Of a stretch of DNA of 64,000 nt, positions 40,395-53,080 are shown one piece after another. Source of the stretch: Adineta vaga. Lineage: Eukaryota > Animalia > Rotifera. Made by a program: the position numbers and the translations under genes. The notes under the pieces were generated by a model that searched no databases, was not told the DNA's origin, and saw only the letters and a program-made list of their open reading frames with translations. Each line of letters begins with the position of its first letter. Position 1 is the first letter of the stretch. The stretch spans positions 10,788,001 to 10,852,000 of the forward strand of contig CP075497.1 of NCBI GenBank assembly GCA_021613535.1. Direction: 5' to 3'.

Positions 40395-43032
40395 TTACGT
40401 TTTACGTGGAGGAAGACGTGGAAGTGTCGGTAATGGATCATTACGGAAATCTTTCAATGATTTTTTTACTGGTGAATTAGGTGGTTTCATAGTTGTTGAT
40501 TGTGAACCAGTAGGAATTGAAAGTGGAGCACGAGAAGCTTTGCTGGAGGGAAGTTCGGGTTCATGGTTAACACGCATTGGTGCACGCATACGATCTGCTG
40601 CTGAATTACTAATTAGTAGAACGAAAGTTTACATTGAATTTCATAGATAATTATCAATCAAATGAAATAAAATGTTGTTATATCAAGGTTGAATAATAAT
40701 GTACTTACGAATTTTCTCCAGTTGATGATCGTGAGTTTGTACGTGATTGCGAATGATGTAAACTAGCTGCTGAATTAGATCGATAACCTAAAATATAATA
40801 CATAAAAATACATTATATTATTATTAAGTCATTTTATATATTCATAAATTTCGATCACATGTCATGATTATTGTTTAATGATCAAAAAGAACTGAAGAAA
40901 AATATTGAGTAAAATTTTGGCTAATCAGGCAATCTAATTCAATATATATGCACGGCATGCATTTTTACAGTGATCTGCTTACCACCTCAAATCTGCCATC
41001 AATTGCTTTGATTGCACTGAACACAAATAGATTAACTACTTTCTCATCGATTGATCTTAGAATGAACACGTTCGCTGATCTAATAACTATAAATCTTACC
41101 TGTATCACCGGTAGTCAATCGACTTTCTGATTTTTCTGGACTATATGTTGACATAGCGGATGTTCGCCAACGTTGTTCTTCGGAGGGAAAAGATTCATCA
41201 AAACCAAAATTTCGACGATGAGAAGGCGATACTATTGTTTCTTCTAATATTTCAACAAGAAAATTATTAGTTATAAATGAAAATAAGATTCAATGATCGA
41301 ACAAACCTTGTTGAAAATGATCGGATCGTTGTACATAATCATTATCTTCATCAGAGTCATCAACTTCAAGATCATTTTCAAGTAGATCATCATCATCAGT
41401 AATGCGTAATACTTGTGGTTCAAGAAGTTTTTTACGTTCTTCAATTTTACTATAAAAATGAAATATATTGAATTGTTTTGCAAATAAAAAAATCGTACCG
41501 ATTATGTTCAGCTCTCCATTCATCAATTTCCTTCATTAATGGATGATTAGACATAGACGATGAAGTTAAAGTAGATGATGCTGATGTTGATACTGTTTCT
41601 TTTGTCTTTTCTGACGTTTTCACTGGAGAAGTATCGGACATACGTGATTGTTGTTGTTGTTGTTGTTGTTTACGTGCTCGTAGAATCTTTGTTAAATTTC
41701 CTTGAAATGCTGGGCCAATAGTTAATTCACTGACAACATCTTCATTATTATCTATTAAGAAATAAAACAGAAAGAGTTTATGTAATACAAACAAAAGTCA
41801 AACCTAATAATTCTGATTTTGATGGATCAGTATATGGTCGCATCGATGCTGATGGTGGTCGAATACTACCAGTAGAACCGGGACGAGCTGCTGAACGAGG
41901 ACGATAATATGCAGCAGTTGTTGGTCGATTTAATGGACTTCTATTCGCTGATCTTGGTCGAGAATCGACTAAAAACGTTAAATTACTCTAATAGAATAAA
42001 AAGAAAACATTCTTCAATACTAACCTTGATTACATGCTAATTTTTCATCTGCTGGTGCCATACCTGCAGCGATACATTCTTCAATCAAGGACCAATCTTG
42101 TTGAAATAACATCGTTCCTTCTCCCGATATGGATGATGAGGATGAGGATAGTTTATTCGATCGATTGGTTGCCATATCATCAAGTGTTCGAAGACGAGGT
42201 AAACGATGAATTATATCCGTACGATAATTTGATTGATTGTTAATCTGTATTAGAGAAAAATGATATGAGTTATTGAAAGAATTCATTTATATACCGGATT
42301 GCCTTCCAGAGTTAATGTTGTCAAATTTGGACATAGAGCAAGGAATTCCACTTGATGTATATCATCAATAAGATTACTAAATGAATCATTTTTTCATCAA
42401 TAGAAATCAAAGGACAATAAGAATACCTTTCCAAATCAAGTAAACGTAAATTTTCAAGCATACTTAAGGCACTTAAATCAGCTATTTCATTATAAGCAAC
42501 ATAGAGTTCTTCAAGTGATTGTAGGCTTGTAATACCATCTAGATCGTTCAAACAACAACGAGCCATCCAAAGAATACGTACATGTGATAAAGAGGTACCG
42601 AGATCTCTATCAATCGATAAATAAATGAAATTATCATTTTCAAAAATAACAATGAATAATTTTATAATAATTACCTTACACGTGGTATAACACTATTACT
42701 TAATTTAAGTTGAACTAATTTCTGTAGATAAACTCCAAAGTTTCCCAAACTCGTATCGGATGTGTCGACAATCATTTCTAATTCTCGAATATTAGCTAAA
42801 TCATCTGTACCAGTCAATGCTCTCTATATCAAACGAAATCAACAATGATCAGAAAAGTTCAATTGAACTATTTTACCAATTTAGTTGGCGAAAGAAATTC
42901 TTCTAATAAAAAATCTGCTTCCTGTAAAACTAATGGTTCGGGATTTACACGATAATCTTTTTGTTCCGTTATATGAATACCACGACGTAAAGGTTGTTTA
43001 CGCGTTGAAGATTTCTCAATATCGATCGGCAT
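40395..43032 (-). CDS. LRRC56: Leucine-rich repeat protein LRRC56-like (motile cilia dynein-arm factor); multi-exon
   Basis: LLEEFLSPTKL|RALTGTDDL..LEMIVDT..SLGNFGVYL..LVQLKLSNS..RDLGTSLSHVRILWMARCCLNDLDGITSL..LEELYVAYNEI, TLEGNP, LPRLRTLDD. Confidence 0.85.
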
Positions 43033-43206
43033 ACTTGAAATTCTTGAACACAAAAAAAAAGTAATTTTATTTTTGTAAAAAAATATAAACATTTGCATAT
43101 ACCTAAGCATAACCCAAAAGAATAAAAATTATTTTTATTTTCTACATAATATAATACATTAAAATAATCATTGCTTTCTTTCCATTTACAAATTCTACTC
43201 ATTGAC

Positions 43207-43219
43207 TTAACTAAGCAAC
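43207..43219 (-). promoter_or_regulatory. RFX X-box-like motif upstream of LRRC56
   Basis: Minus-strand GTTGCTTAGTTAA about 175 nt upstream of the LRRC56 ATG; strong left half-site, imperfect right half. Confidence 0.35.
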
Positions 43220-43605
43220 CGACGAAAATATGATCCATATTTAATCGATACAAAGTGCATAGATATGTTGTTGAAATTGGATTGGTTGATTTCATTTGTT
43301 TATTTATTTATTTTCATCGAATCTTATCCTTCGTTTTCTTCTGTGTTGTTTGTTTTTTTCTGAGGACTTGTGCATTCGCTTCTTCTTCTTTTTCTTCTCT
43401 CTTTTTTTTCTTGTGTGTTTCGTGTGTTCAGAAATTCTGTTCTTTTTTTGTTTTCTTTTTCATTTTCTCTTGTTCATTTCTTCTAACTATCTTTATTGGA
43501 TTTCTCTATTTTCTATTTGATTCATCTCCATCATTCTGTTCACGTATCTGTGTAATCTTTGCCTCGTTCATCTATTTTTCTTTTGTGTAATCATCTGATT
43601 TCATC

Positions 43606-45750
43606 ATGTCATCATCTGGCAATGGACTCGATCAAACATCAACAACAACTACTGGTTCGTCATCGACAACATCGAATAATCCAGTAAATAATAATAATAC
43701 GAATTCAACCAACAATTCAAATGCTAATAATAATAATCCAACATTTCAACCTGTTCGAAATAATTCAGATAATATGGGACATACATTTGAAAATCCCATG
43801 CAAATGTTTGCAATGAAACAACAACCGATGACATCTCCAATTACAGGAACAATTTATACAGGTCCACCAGCAAAATATTTAAGTAATGGAGGTATGAATA
43901 GCAATGGTTATGCATCAGGTGGATCAATGAGACCAATGTTACCACCACAGCAACAACAAAATCCCAATAGATATGGTTCATTTAATGGAAACAATAATAA
44001 TGGTGGACAATCGATGCAACAACAGCAACGTCGACAAAATAATGGTGGAGTTGATAATGCAACGAATGATTCAGTCAAGTAAGTGAACTAGTTCTTCTTT
44101 TCGATAGTAATTCATTATTGTTTGTTTTCTGTCTGTTTTAGTACACGTAAAGTATTTGTTGGTGGTCTTAGTCCAGATACAAAGATGGGTAAGTCATTAT
44201 TTTCTATCTTATATTTGTATGTATGTATGTATGTACTGAAATATTGTTTCTTTTTCAGAACATCTTTGCGAATATTTCGCACAATTTGGCAATGTTGAAA
44301 GTGCTACCGTTAAATTTGATAAATCAGGACGTTCAAAAGGTTTTGGTTTTGTTCTTTTTGAAGATCGTGATTCTACAGATAAGGTAAAATTATTATCCAT
44401 CTGTTGGTTAATCTATGTATTTCATATTTTGAATAGGTCTATTCTCAAGATTTACATGTTATACAAGGCAAACGTGTTGATACGAAATCAGCACATCGTC
44501 GTGATCAAGCACTTGCACGTAAAGTATTTGTTGGTGGTTTAGATGTTGAAGTAACAGATGCTGAATTACGTGATTATTTTTCACAATTTGGAAAAGTATG
44601 TCTTTCTTTTTATTCATGATTGTAGGAAATTGTCATTTCGATTTAACGTCTAGATTGCTCAAATTGAAGCACCCGTCGATAAAATCAAACAAAAACGACG
44701 TCCATTCTGTTTCGTTCTCTTTGAAAATGAACAAAGTGCCGAAGATGTTCTTAAACAACCACGTCATACATTAGCTGGAAAAACCATTGACTGTAAACGA
44801 GCAAACCCAAAAAGTACAGAAAATAGTCAACAAAATAATAATACAAATAATCCTATGCAAGCGCAACTAGCACATTATAATATGCCTGGATTGAATCAAA
44901 ATCCATTTCAATATCAACAACGTAAATGAAATATAAATACATACTGGATTCGTTCTATAAAGAGAAATTTGTATTTCTTTTTTAGAACAACGTTCACAAC
45001 AACCTTCATCTCATCAACAATTGCAATATCAACAGGCGGCACTTGCTGCTCAACAGCAACATTATCCATTTTATAAGTAAAGAAGAAAGTTTTGTAGAAA
45101 TATAAATATTTATCTATGTTCTATTTACAGCTCGTCATCCATGGGTATGTCATCTGCTCAGCAACATCAACCAACTAATCAACAGGGGCAAAATCGATCT
45201 CAATCTAATCGACAACAATTACCATCGAATAATCAAGGTCTTGCTCAACCATGGTCACCAATAAGTCCAGCTCAATGGCCTAATACGAATTATGGTAAGA
45301 TATAACTTTATTTTACAATCCAGAAAACTAAATTATCACTAATGTTATTGAATAGATCCTCGTTCCTATGGTTCGTATGGTCCATCGTCAGCATCTGGTT
45401 CAAATGCTGCTTGGCAAGTTGGTCCTCCACCAGCCAATTCTTATGGACAAGGACGAACACCATCGAATGGTCCAACAGGTAATCCAGCCAATGCAGCCGT
45501 TGGTCCACCACAAACTCAACCTCAATTTGGTGGTGCAAACTCAAATTCTGCTCAATATTCTTATGCAAGTTGGGGTTTTAGTCAACCACAAGGTTCCCAA
45601 GGACCACCATCTGCTGGTCCACCACCAAATCAATATAATTATGGCGCTGAATCGTCAAATGGACCACCCAATGCATTTGCATATCCGGCACCAACAGCCT
45701 ATGATCATTTCTCGTCCGATTCAGCACCTCCATCCACTTACAGTCGTTAA
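43606..45750 (+). CDS. hnRNP A/B/D (squid-like) two-RRM protein with N/Q-rich and G/P/Q/Y-rich low-complexity flanks
   Basis: RKVFVGGLSPDT..EYFAQFG..GRSKGFGFVLF; RKVFVGGL..LRDYFSQFGK..KRRPFCFVLF. Spliced stop at 45748-45750. Confidence 0.85.
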
Positions 45751-46554
45751 TGAAAGAGCTCATATATACACTGTACAGTTTCGTCGTTTTTTGTCTTCCC
45801 CTTGATTCTTTTTTTTTGTTTCGTAGTCCTCTATTATCATTACTTATATCACTATATAGATACGATCGCTATTGTATGTATATGCGTGTGCGTGCGTGTG
45901 TGTGTGTGTTGGGCTTGCTATAATAATCTTCTTCTATCATCATCGTCATCAATTTCCGTTAGTTGCTCTCTTTTTTCTCTCACTTTATCTCTCTATTTCA
46001 TATGTTTATATATGATACAGAGTCATTATTTAAAAAAAACCACTTTTGTATTCCTAATTATTATTTTTTTCGAGCATCATCATCTCAGATATTTTTGACG
46101 TTTGTTTTTTCTCTCTGTCTCTTTTTCATTCTGTTCTCTACTTTTGAATTTTTGTGTTTTCTTTTTGCTGTCATCAAAACAAAGATCTTGAACACTATTT
46201 GTTATTGTTGTTTACCGGTTGTTTGATGATGATGATGATTCTAATCATTTAGTTTTTCTTTAAAACTAACACAGTATTTTGACAACACATGTATCCATAC
46301 TGAAAACGAACAATAGTTGCTTTTCTTTTGTTTTTCGTTCAATACATTGCAAGGTCTTGTATGTTTTGGTATGTATCATACTCTTCTTTTTGATTCGCGC
46401 GTCTCATATCTATTTTGACGTGATTACTACGATTATCCTTGTTGTTATTGTTGATCTTGACTTCGTTTTCTTGTTTCTTTCGGCATATACATACGATTTG
46501 TTCTTTTGTTTTCTACAATTTAATCATCTCGACAGTTAGATTGTAAGCATACAT

Positions 46555-46578
46555 ACACACACACACACACACACACAC
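46555..46578. repeat. (AC)n microsatellite
   Basis: Seen directly. Confidence 0.9.
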
Positions 46579-47116
46579 ATGCATATTCATTCGTACATAA
46601 CGTTTCGTTCTTTTCTTTTGTTTTGTTCTTTTTGAAAACCCTTTCTTTACTAGTTTCTCTTTTCCTTGTTCTTCACAACATTTTCTTTTTCTTGTTATTC
46701 GATTTGTATAAAAAAAAACCAAACTCGAATAAAGCAACGAAAAAACAAATCAAAGTCAAATTTTTCGGAAAGAAAGACTTGTAAATTAGATATGAAATAA
46801 GTTAATTTATTTCTCTGATATTATTAAATATGTGTTAATCAAAAAGACAAACCGAAATAGCAGTTGTTTTTTGTTTCGAATACTAAACAGACACGTCTCA
46901 TTAAACCTTGACAAGCAGAAACAAGGACGTACGTTCTTCTTTTTGTGTCTCTATGATAGAAATGCACTCAAGTGAAACATACTTTTTTTCATATACACTA
47001 ACGTTAACCATGTGTGATGCCTTATCATCATCATCAGTATCAAAGAAAACAAAGTGATATTACTTTCAAGTAAAGGTATTAAAACAAAAATAACTAAGTA
47101 ATATTACTGAAGAATA

Positions 47117-48202
47117 ATGGGAGGTGGTAGTTCACGTCGTCGAAAACCAAATACACCTATTCCATCTTATGCGCCAGGTTTAGGAGGATCACCAGGTATT
47201 AGTCGACCAGGAAATTCAGTTGTTACTGGTGTTGGAAATCCAACGGGAATTAATCCTAATCAGCAACGAGACTTAATGCAAGCTCAACAAACAATTGCAA
47301 ATTTAACTAATCAACTAAATGCTTATCAACGTAATGCAAGTGGTGGTATGCCTATACAACAAATGCCTTATGGGAATTATTCAGGACCTAGTGGCACACC
47401 ACCGATGATGCCTTATGGTACTCCGCCACAAATGGGCTATGGAACACCACCGATGATGCCCTATGGTAGTCCATCATATGCACCTCCAAGTCCGACTCTT
47501 CAACATTTTGCTGGACAAAATCCGTATCCATATCCATATCCATCACCACCAATGCCACGTGCTAATGGTTATCGTGATACTGACTTTGCGGCTATTGCTA
47601 ACATATCTGGTTTAAATCCAGGTGATGTCGCACTTCTTCATCGAGAATATATGAATTTAACACGTGGTGGTATAAATAAAATTGATCGTGTCATTTTTCG
47701 TCAAATACTACGAGATGTTCTTCTTGAAGCTAATAATGAACATGTCGATCGTGCTATTGAAAATATGTTCGTTACAATCGATCGAAATCGTGATGGTTTT
47801 ATTGATTTTCCTGAATTTATTGGTGCATTTAAAGATGTTTTAAAAGGAAATGTTTCTGATGCTCCAAATTATTTTCAAGATGATGTTTATCCTGATATCT
47901 TAGGAAGTCAATTACGAGCAGCTGGTGTCGGTAGTGGTGTTGCATCTCAATCTGTAGCACGCATTCAACAAGCAGCACCAGCTCAACAATTTGTTACTAC
48001 AGGTGGACTTAATATTGTACCATTAGCATCGACAGCAATTCAACAAACACCACTTATTTGTAGTCCTGCACAAATTTCTGATGCATCAGCACCTGTACTT
48101 ACTCTTGATCCAAATCAATCATCTTACGTAATTGCAACACCAGGCCAATATTTGATCACACAACCAACAGCTTTACAATGTGTACCATTACCTATGATGT
48201 GA
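47117..48202 (+). CDS. Intronless EF-hand protein with N-myristoylation motif and Pro/Gly/Tyr/Met-rich region
   Basis: 361-aa open ORF. MGGGSSRRRK N-terminus and a canonical EF loop DRNRDGFIDFPE within a recoverin/NCS-like N-lobe. Confidence 0.8.
   Translation: MGGGSSRRRKPNTPIPSYAPGLGGSPGISRPGNSVVTGVGNPTGINPNQQRDLMQAQQTIANLTNQLNAYQRNASGGMPIQQMPYGNYSGPSGTPPMMPYGTPPQMGYGTPPMMPYGSPSYAPPSPTLQHFAGQNPYPYPYPSPPMPRANGYRDTDFAAIANISGLNPGDVALLHREYMNLTRGGINKIDRVIFRQILRDVLLEANNEHVDRAIENMFVTIDRNRDGFIDFPEFIGAFKDVLKGNVSDAPNYFQDDVYPDILGSQLRAAGVGSGVASQSVARIQQAAPAQQFVTTGGLNIVPLASTAIQQTPLICSPAQISDASAPVLTLDPNQSSYVIATPGQYLITQPTALQCVPLPMM
47393..47479 (+). repeat. Coding tandem 24-nt repeat (GTPPMMPY / GTPPQMGY / GTPPMMPY / GSPSY)
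   Basis: Visible in both DNA (acaccaccgatgatgcc occurs twice) and protein. Confidence 0.85.
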
Positions 48203-49410
48203 TTATAAACCGATCTAGTTTCATTACTCTTCTTCCTCTTCTTCTTCTTCTTAATTTTTATGTGGTTGAAAAAAAAAGAAAGAGATTCTTATTTATATAA
48301 GAATTCATGGATTTAGGACAGTTTTAAAAAAAAAAATCATTATATATTAAAACTTTCATATCAACAGAAATAATCTTGAATATTATTTATGATGTATTTG
48401 AGATGATTTCAGTTAGAGTTCATCCGTCGAATGCTTTATGAGTTTTATAAAACTTATTCTCAGATCTACAGTCTTTAAGTGAAGTACTAAACGAATTTGT
48501 TGAATTAGACACTATATTTTCCAACTAAAAACTAAATCTTCCGTACCGCAGAAGATTTATAGATGACTCGATCAGTTTCCATTACCTTGGCTTCGGATAA
48601 TATTCGGAATGTGTTATTCGAAAATAACATGTATGTCAAAGTTTTTCTAAATCGAATATCGATCCTATAGAATTGGCTTAGAGAATATTCACATATATCT
48701 ACTTAACATGTTATTAGATAGACAACTTCTTTGAAACTGTTGTTAATATTCTTAGTGTTTTTCTCACGCACAACATGCATGATGTTCAAAGTCATGATTG
48801 TCTTACGTTTTCTTGCCCTCCTACTTCCAATACAATTATTATCAACAGTTGAATTATCATGGAAAATTAAACCGTTGGATGTATTATATATATATCGTCG
48901 TCGTCGTCGTCGTCATCATCTTTTCTAGTCATCACAGCTTGTTTTCTTTTTTTTCTCTCATTCGCTTTCACACGCATTCGAAGAAGAGATGATATCGTAA
49001 GGTAAGTGGTGAAATGTACATACATCTATTTTTCTTTCATCTTCTTTTCCAATTTCGTCATGCACATCGTTCGTTCGATCGATCGAACATTCTTAACACA
49101 TCCTACATGTGAAAAACGTATGTCTAATTTGACAATAACTATGTAAATGTTTATGATTAATATTATTATTTCTCACATTTATCATCTTAATACTAATTGT
49201 CTAATTGAATTCCAATGAGAAAATCAAAACTTGGAGAAGTTTACTTTTTTACATGTTCGTTAAATCTGTCCGACAATGAGATACATTGACGAACATTTAG
49301 ATAACACTATCATTTTAAATAAACAAAAAGTCAATGTTGAAGTTTGTTTGCATTCTTAAACTCTTTTCACTCTTCTACATACTTCTAAATTTTGTATATT
49401 TAGCGACTAG

Positions 49411-49420
49411 TTGGGCGGAA
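49411..49420. promoter_or_regulatory. Possible E2F-like site in the Cdc25 upstream region
   Basis: TTGGGCGGAA, a GC-rich island in AT-rich DNA, about 170 nt before the first ATG. Confidence 0.25.
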
Positions 49421-49585
49421 CGAAATGAGCGTCACGAATAGGCGTTAAATGTTTGTATTTGTCAGAATTCATTCGTTAACGAAAAGAAAATCTTCTTGTT
49501 GACATTAGCTTCGACACGCTCATTTATTCCAAAAATCAACGAAAAGCTCTTTTTCGTTTTCTTCTAGATGAAGATCCATTGAAAA

Positions 49586-52200
49586 ATGGATCATTATCCT
49601 CTTCGATATATATCTCAACAGTTATCTTCATCAGCAAAATCATTAGTTAATATAAATTTTGACAAGTAAGTTCCGAAACAAATTTTTTTCTATTTCCTTT
49701 CTTTTTTTTTTACGATTTTGTTTTCATTCAAGCTGATTCACAGCTTGTTTGACCGTTGGATTTGAATATAACAATCTCTTTCGATTGTTTTCACATCTTG
49801 GAAAATAGAAGAGAAAGAAAAACAGATAGTCGGTCATTGGTCTTCATTCTCTTTTCCTCTATCGATGAAATGCGCAGAGAGAAAGAAGAAAAAAAAATTC
49901 GATTAATTGTGGAATCGGAGAAGCGAAGAGAACGAAACGTAATAGAATAACCGTTGGCGAGAGAAGAAAAAAAAAGGAAAATAGGGATTCGTTCACTTCT
50001 TTTTTCGTACATATATATTTATATACGACGTACAGGACGGAATACAGTTGCCTTTACTTTACGAACAATCGAATGAAATGACTACAATCTATTCAAGCCC
50101 TTTTTGTTTATCAAGGTATATTGAACTCATTCAAACAATTGAATTTATTTTTCTAAATCCATTTCAATATGTGTAATTTAGACAAACACCACGACGTAAA
50201 TTATTTTCTACAAGTGAAGATGATGAAAGTCCAATGATAATGTCTATAAAATCATCAAAATCCATTTCATTCATTGGTCAAAATTCTTCAACTGGTAAGA
50301 TCACATCTTGCCATATTCTATTGATTCATATTCATTTGTTTTTGTTTTCTTCATCTTCTATGTAGCTATTCCATCGATTTTTAATACTGATGACATTGTT
50401 GCAATGCGACCAATATTGTAAGAGATTACAAAATACGCGCCAATAACTAATGAAATGAATGATTCATTTTTCTAGATCTTCTGTTGATAATAATAATCAT
50501 AACAATCCCCTTGGATTGACTCGCCAATCCAAACTTGAAAATTTTGGATTCGATATGTTACCTCGTTCAAGCAAAGTTTTAAAACGACAACTATGTAAAG
50601 AAAATTCCAAAACAATCACAGATTCACTAGTCAATATTCAACGTAGTCAAAAATCAAAAAAATTACGAACAATCGAGTAAAATTCTTTTCTACTCTGAAT
50701 TTCACGAAAGATTTCGTATTTTTTCATATGATTAGAGTTCAACAACCGATTCCATCCTCGTTTCAAACAATGAAAACACGATCACATTCCTTATCTGATT
50801 CTCATTCGGATCATTTAGTTAAATTATTCGATAAAAAACTTTCAACGGTAACACCCGTACGTGATAGTACAAATGATGATAGTGTTATTGGTAGTCGATA
50901 TCGACGTGGACAACCATTACCATTAATCCTATCAGATAGTAGTCACGAAGATGATACACCTGTATTGACATTGAATGATAGTGATTTATCATCAAATGAA
51001 ACGAAAGTAATAGAAAGAAAAGTTTGTTTGTTATTTGAATAGAAAAATTTCAAATGTCTTTTTTAGAAACGAGCATTTGAACAACTTCAAGTCGATGAGA
51101 ACAGTTGTGGTCGATCGTTAAAACGAAGCAAAGTAACACATGATGATGAAAATAAAGAAAATGCTTTCTATATTCCACCACCTACTTCAACTCGAATTCG
51201 ACGAGGGGTAAGAAGCTTGAAAAAAAAGTAACATCTTCGTTTTATTTATTGAAATCTTTGATTTTTAGCTAGTTCGCAGTTTATCAGAACTACAACCAAG
51301 TTCAAACGAAGAACAAATCAAAGCATCTGTAGAACTTGGTTCAAATCGAAACTTAACTGGTGATCGTAGTCGAACATATCTATTACCGAGATGTACAAGT
51401 CGAAAGCATGCGGATCTTGCATGTATCAGTGCTGAAACAGTAAGTTATTAAATAATCTCTTTTCCAATATGTTAATCATTTTATTTGTATAGATGATCGA
51501 TCTACTACAAAATAAGTACTCGTCTGAGATTGAACAGTTACATGTGATCGATTGTCGCTATCCGTACGAATACGATGGAGGTCATATATCGATAGCGAAA
51601 AATTTCTTTACACGACCACAAATCTTTGAAGAATATTTTCGATCGCCAATTAAATCAAACGATCCATCGAAACGAATTGTTTTTGTATTTCATTGTGAAT
51701 TTTCATCAGAACGTGCACCATCACTGTAAGTTATTCATAAATTGATTATCTTTATCATTGACAAACAAAAATTCTCTTCTAGTTTACGTTATATGCGATC
51801 AGAAGATCGAAGTATTCATGCAAATAATTATCCAGCTCTTCATTATCCCGAACTTTATCTTCTCGAAGGTGGTTACAAAGCATTATTCGAACATTCAACA
51901 GTAAGAACTAGCTGTTTTTTTGTGGATGGTGAATTTAATCGATAAATTTGATTTATAAAATAGGAATTTTGTACACCAAATTTGTATCGTACAATGTTAG
52001 ATGAACAATTTCAAGAACAATGTCGACAGTTTCGATCATTTTCAAAACAATCAGAAAAATTCACTTGTTTGAAAGAAGATTTTTCAGAAACGATTCAAAA
52101 TATTCAATACAATAGTAGACGTACACGTATAACACTTCGTTCAAGTCTCTCTCTATGTTTTACGAGTACATCCCTCGAAACTCAAATAGACTTTCCTTGA
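49586..52200 (+). CDS. CDC25: M-phase inducer phosphatase Cdc25/string; multi-exon, two candidate first coding exons (ATG 49586 or 50078)
   Basis: VIDCRYPYEYDGGHI, catalytic VFHCEFSSERAP, YPALHYPELYLLEGGYK, KEN box (DENKEN). Confidence 0.93.
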
Positions 52201-52573
52201 AACTTATATAATGAATTTTTTTTCCTTTCCTTCCTTTTTTTTTCGTAAATTTTTCTGTATGAAATATGATGCGTGTGTTTGCACTTTCTCTTTTCTCCTT
52301 TCTGTATACATTCACTAAATATATTTGTCTCAATGAATATGAACTTCTGCAACATAGTAAAAAGTATTCATGAAAATACAAACGAAGAAATAACTTTCTT
52401 TCTTTCTTTCTTTTTTTTCCATAGAAAACGTTTTTGATTGAAAAAAACACACAAATCAAACAAGAGATTACTCGTATATTTAACTATGCTTGAAATGTGA
52501 AAGATAATCGAGAACAAACGAAAGAACAAATTGCTGTTATTTTGTAAATTTGTATCTTGCTGTGTTCAATCTT

Positions 52574-52601
52574 TGATGATGATGATGATGATGATGATGA
52601 T
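52574..52601. repeat. (GAT)n microsatellite
   Basis: Seen directly. Confidence 0.9.
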
Positions 52602-53080
52602 TGTTTATCTTTCTTTAAAATTAAAACTGATCACGATTGCACTAGCATATAAAATCATTATATAAGTTTGTGATCTTGTCAGCAGGTATGCGTTGAAAAG
52701 AATTTAATTGAGTGTGATAAGACAAGAAAACAACGCCACAGCTTGATGTTATTATGTTCTGTACATATACGTGTATATCTTCGAGATAATTGAAAGAGAT
52801 AATTTCGACGAGGAGGGATAATATTGAACTAGGATGTTTCAATTATCTTTTTTGTTCGAACAATCAATAATCAAATATAGACTTTGGATAGATTGAGTAA
52901 TAATAATAATACTAATAATCGAATTAGATAGAAGAGGTTTGTTATGTATATTGATTGTTTGAGGAAGAGGAGGAGAAAAGAAAAGAGCGTGAAAGAAAGA
53001 AATTTAGTCATTCATTCTTTAATTCAGAGTTCGAACAGGTGTCATATCTGAATCCATCGAGTGACTATCAGGGATAAAGC

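Noticed and set aside
45368-45805. 145-aa ORF overlapping the hnRNP last exon
   Set aside because: It is an alternative frame of the G/P/Q-rich exon. The spliced hnRNP frame ends at 45750.
48438-48457. Near-perfect 20-bp palindrome ATGAGTTTTATAAAACTTAT
   Set aside because: An almost AT-only palindrome is expected by chance at this base composition.
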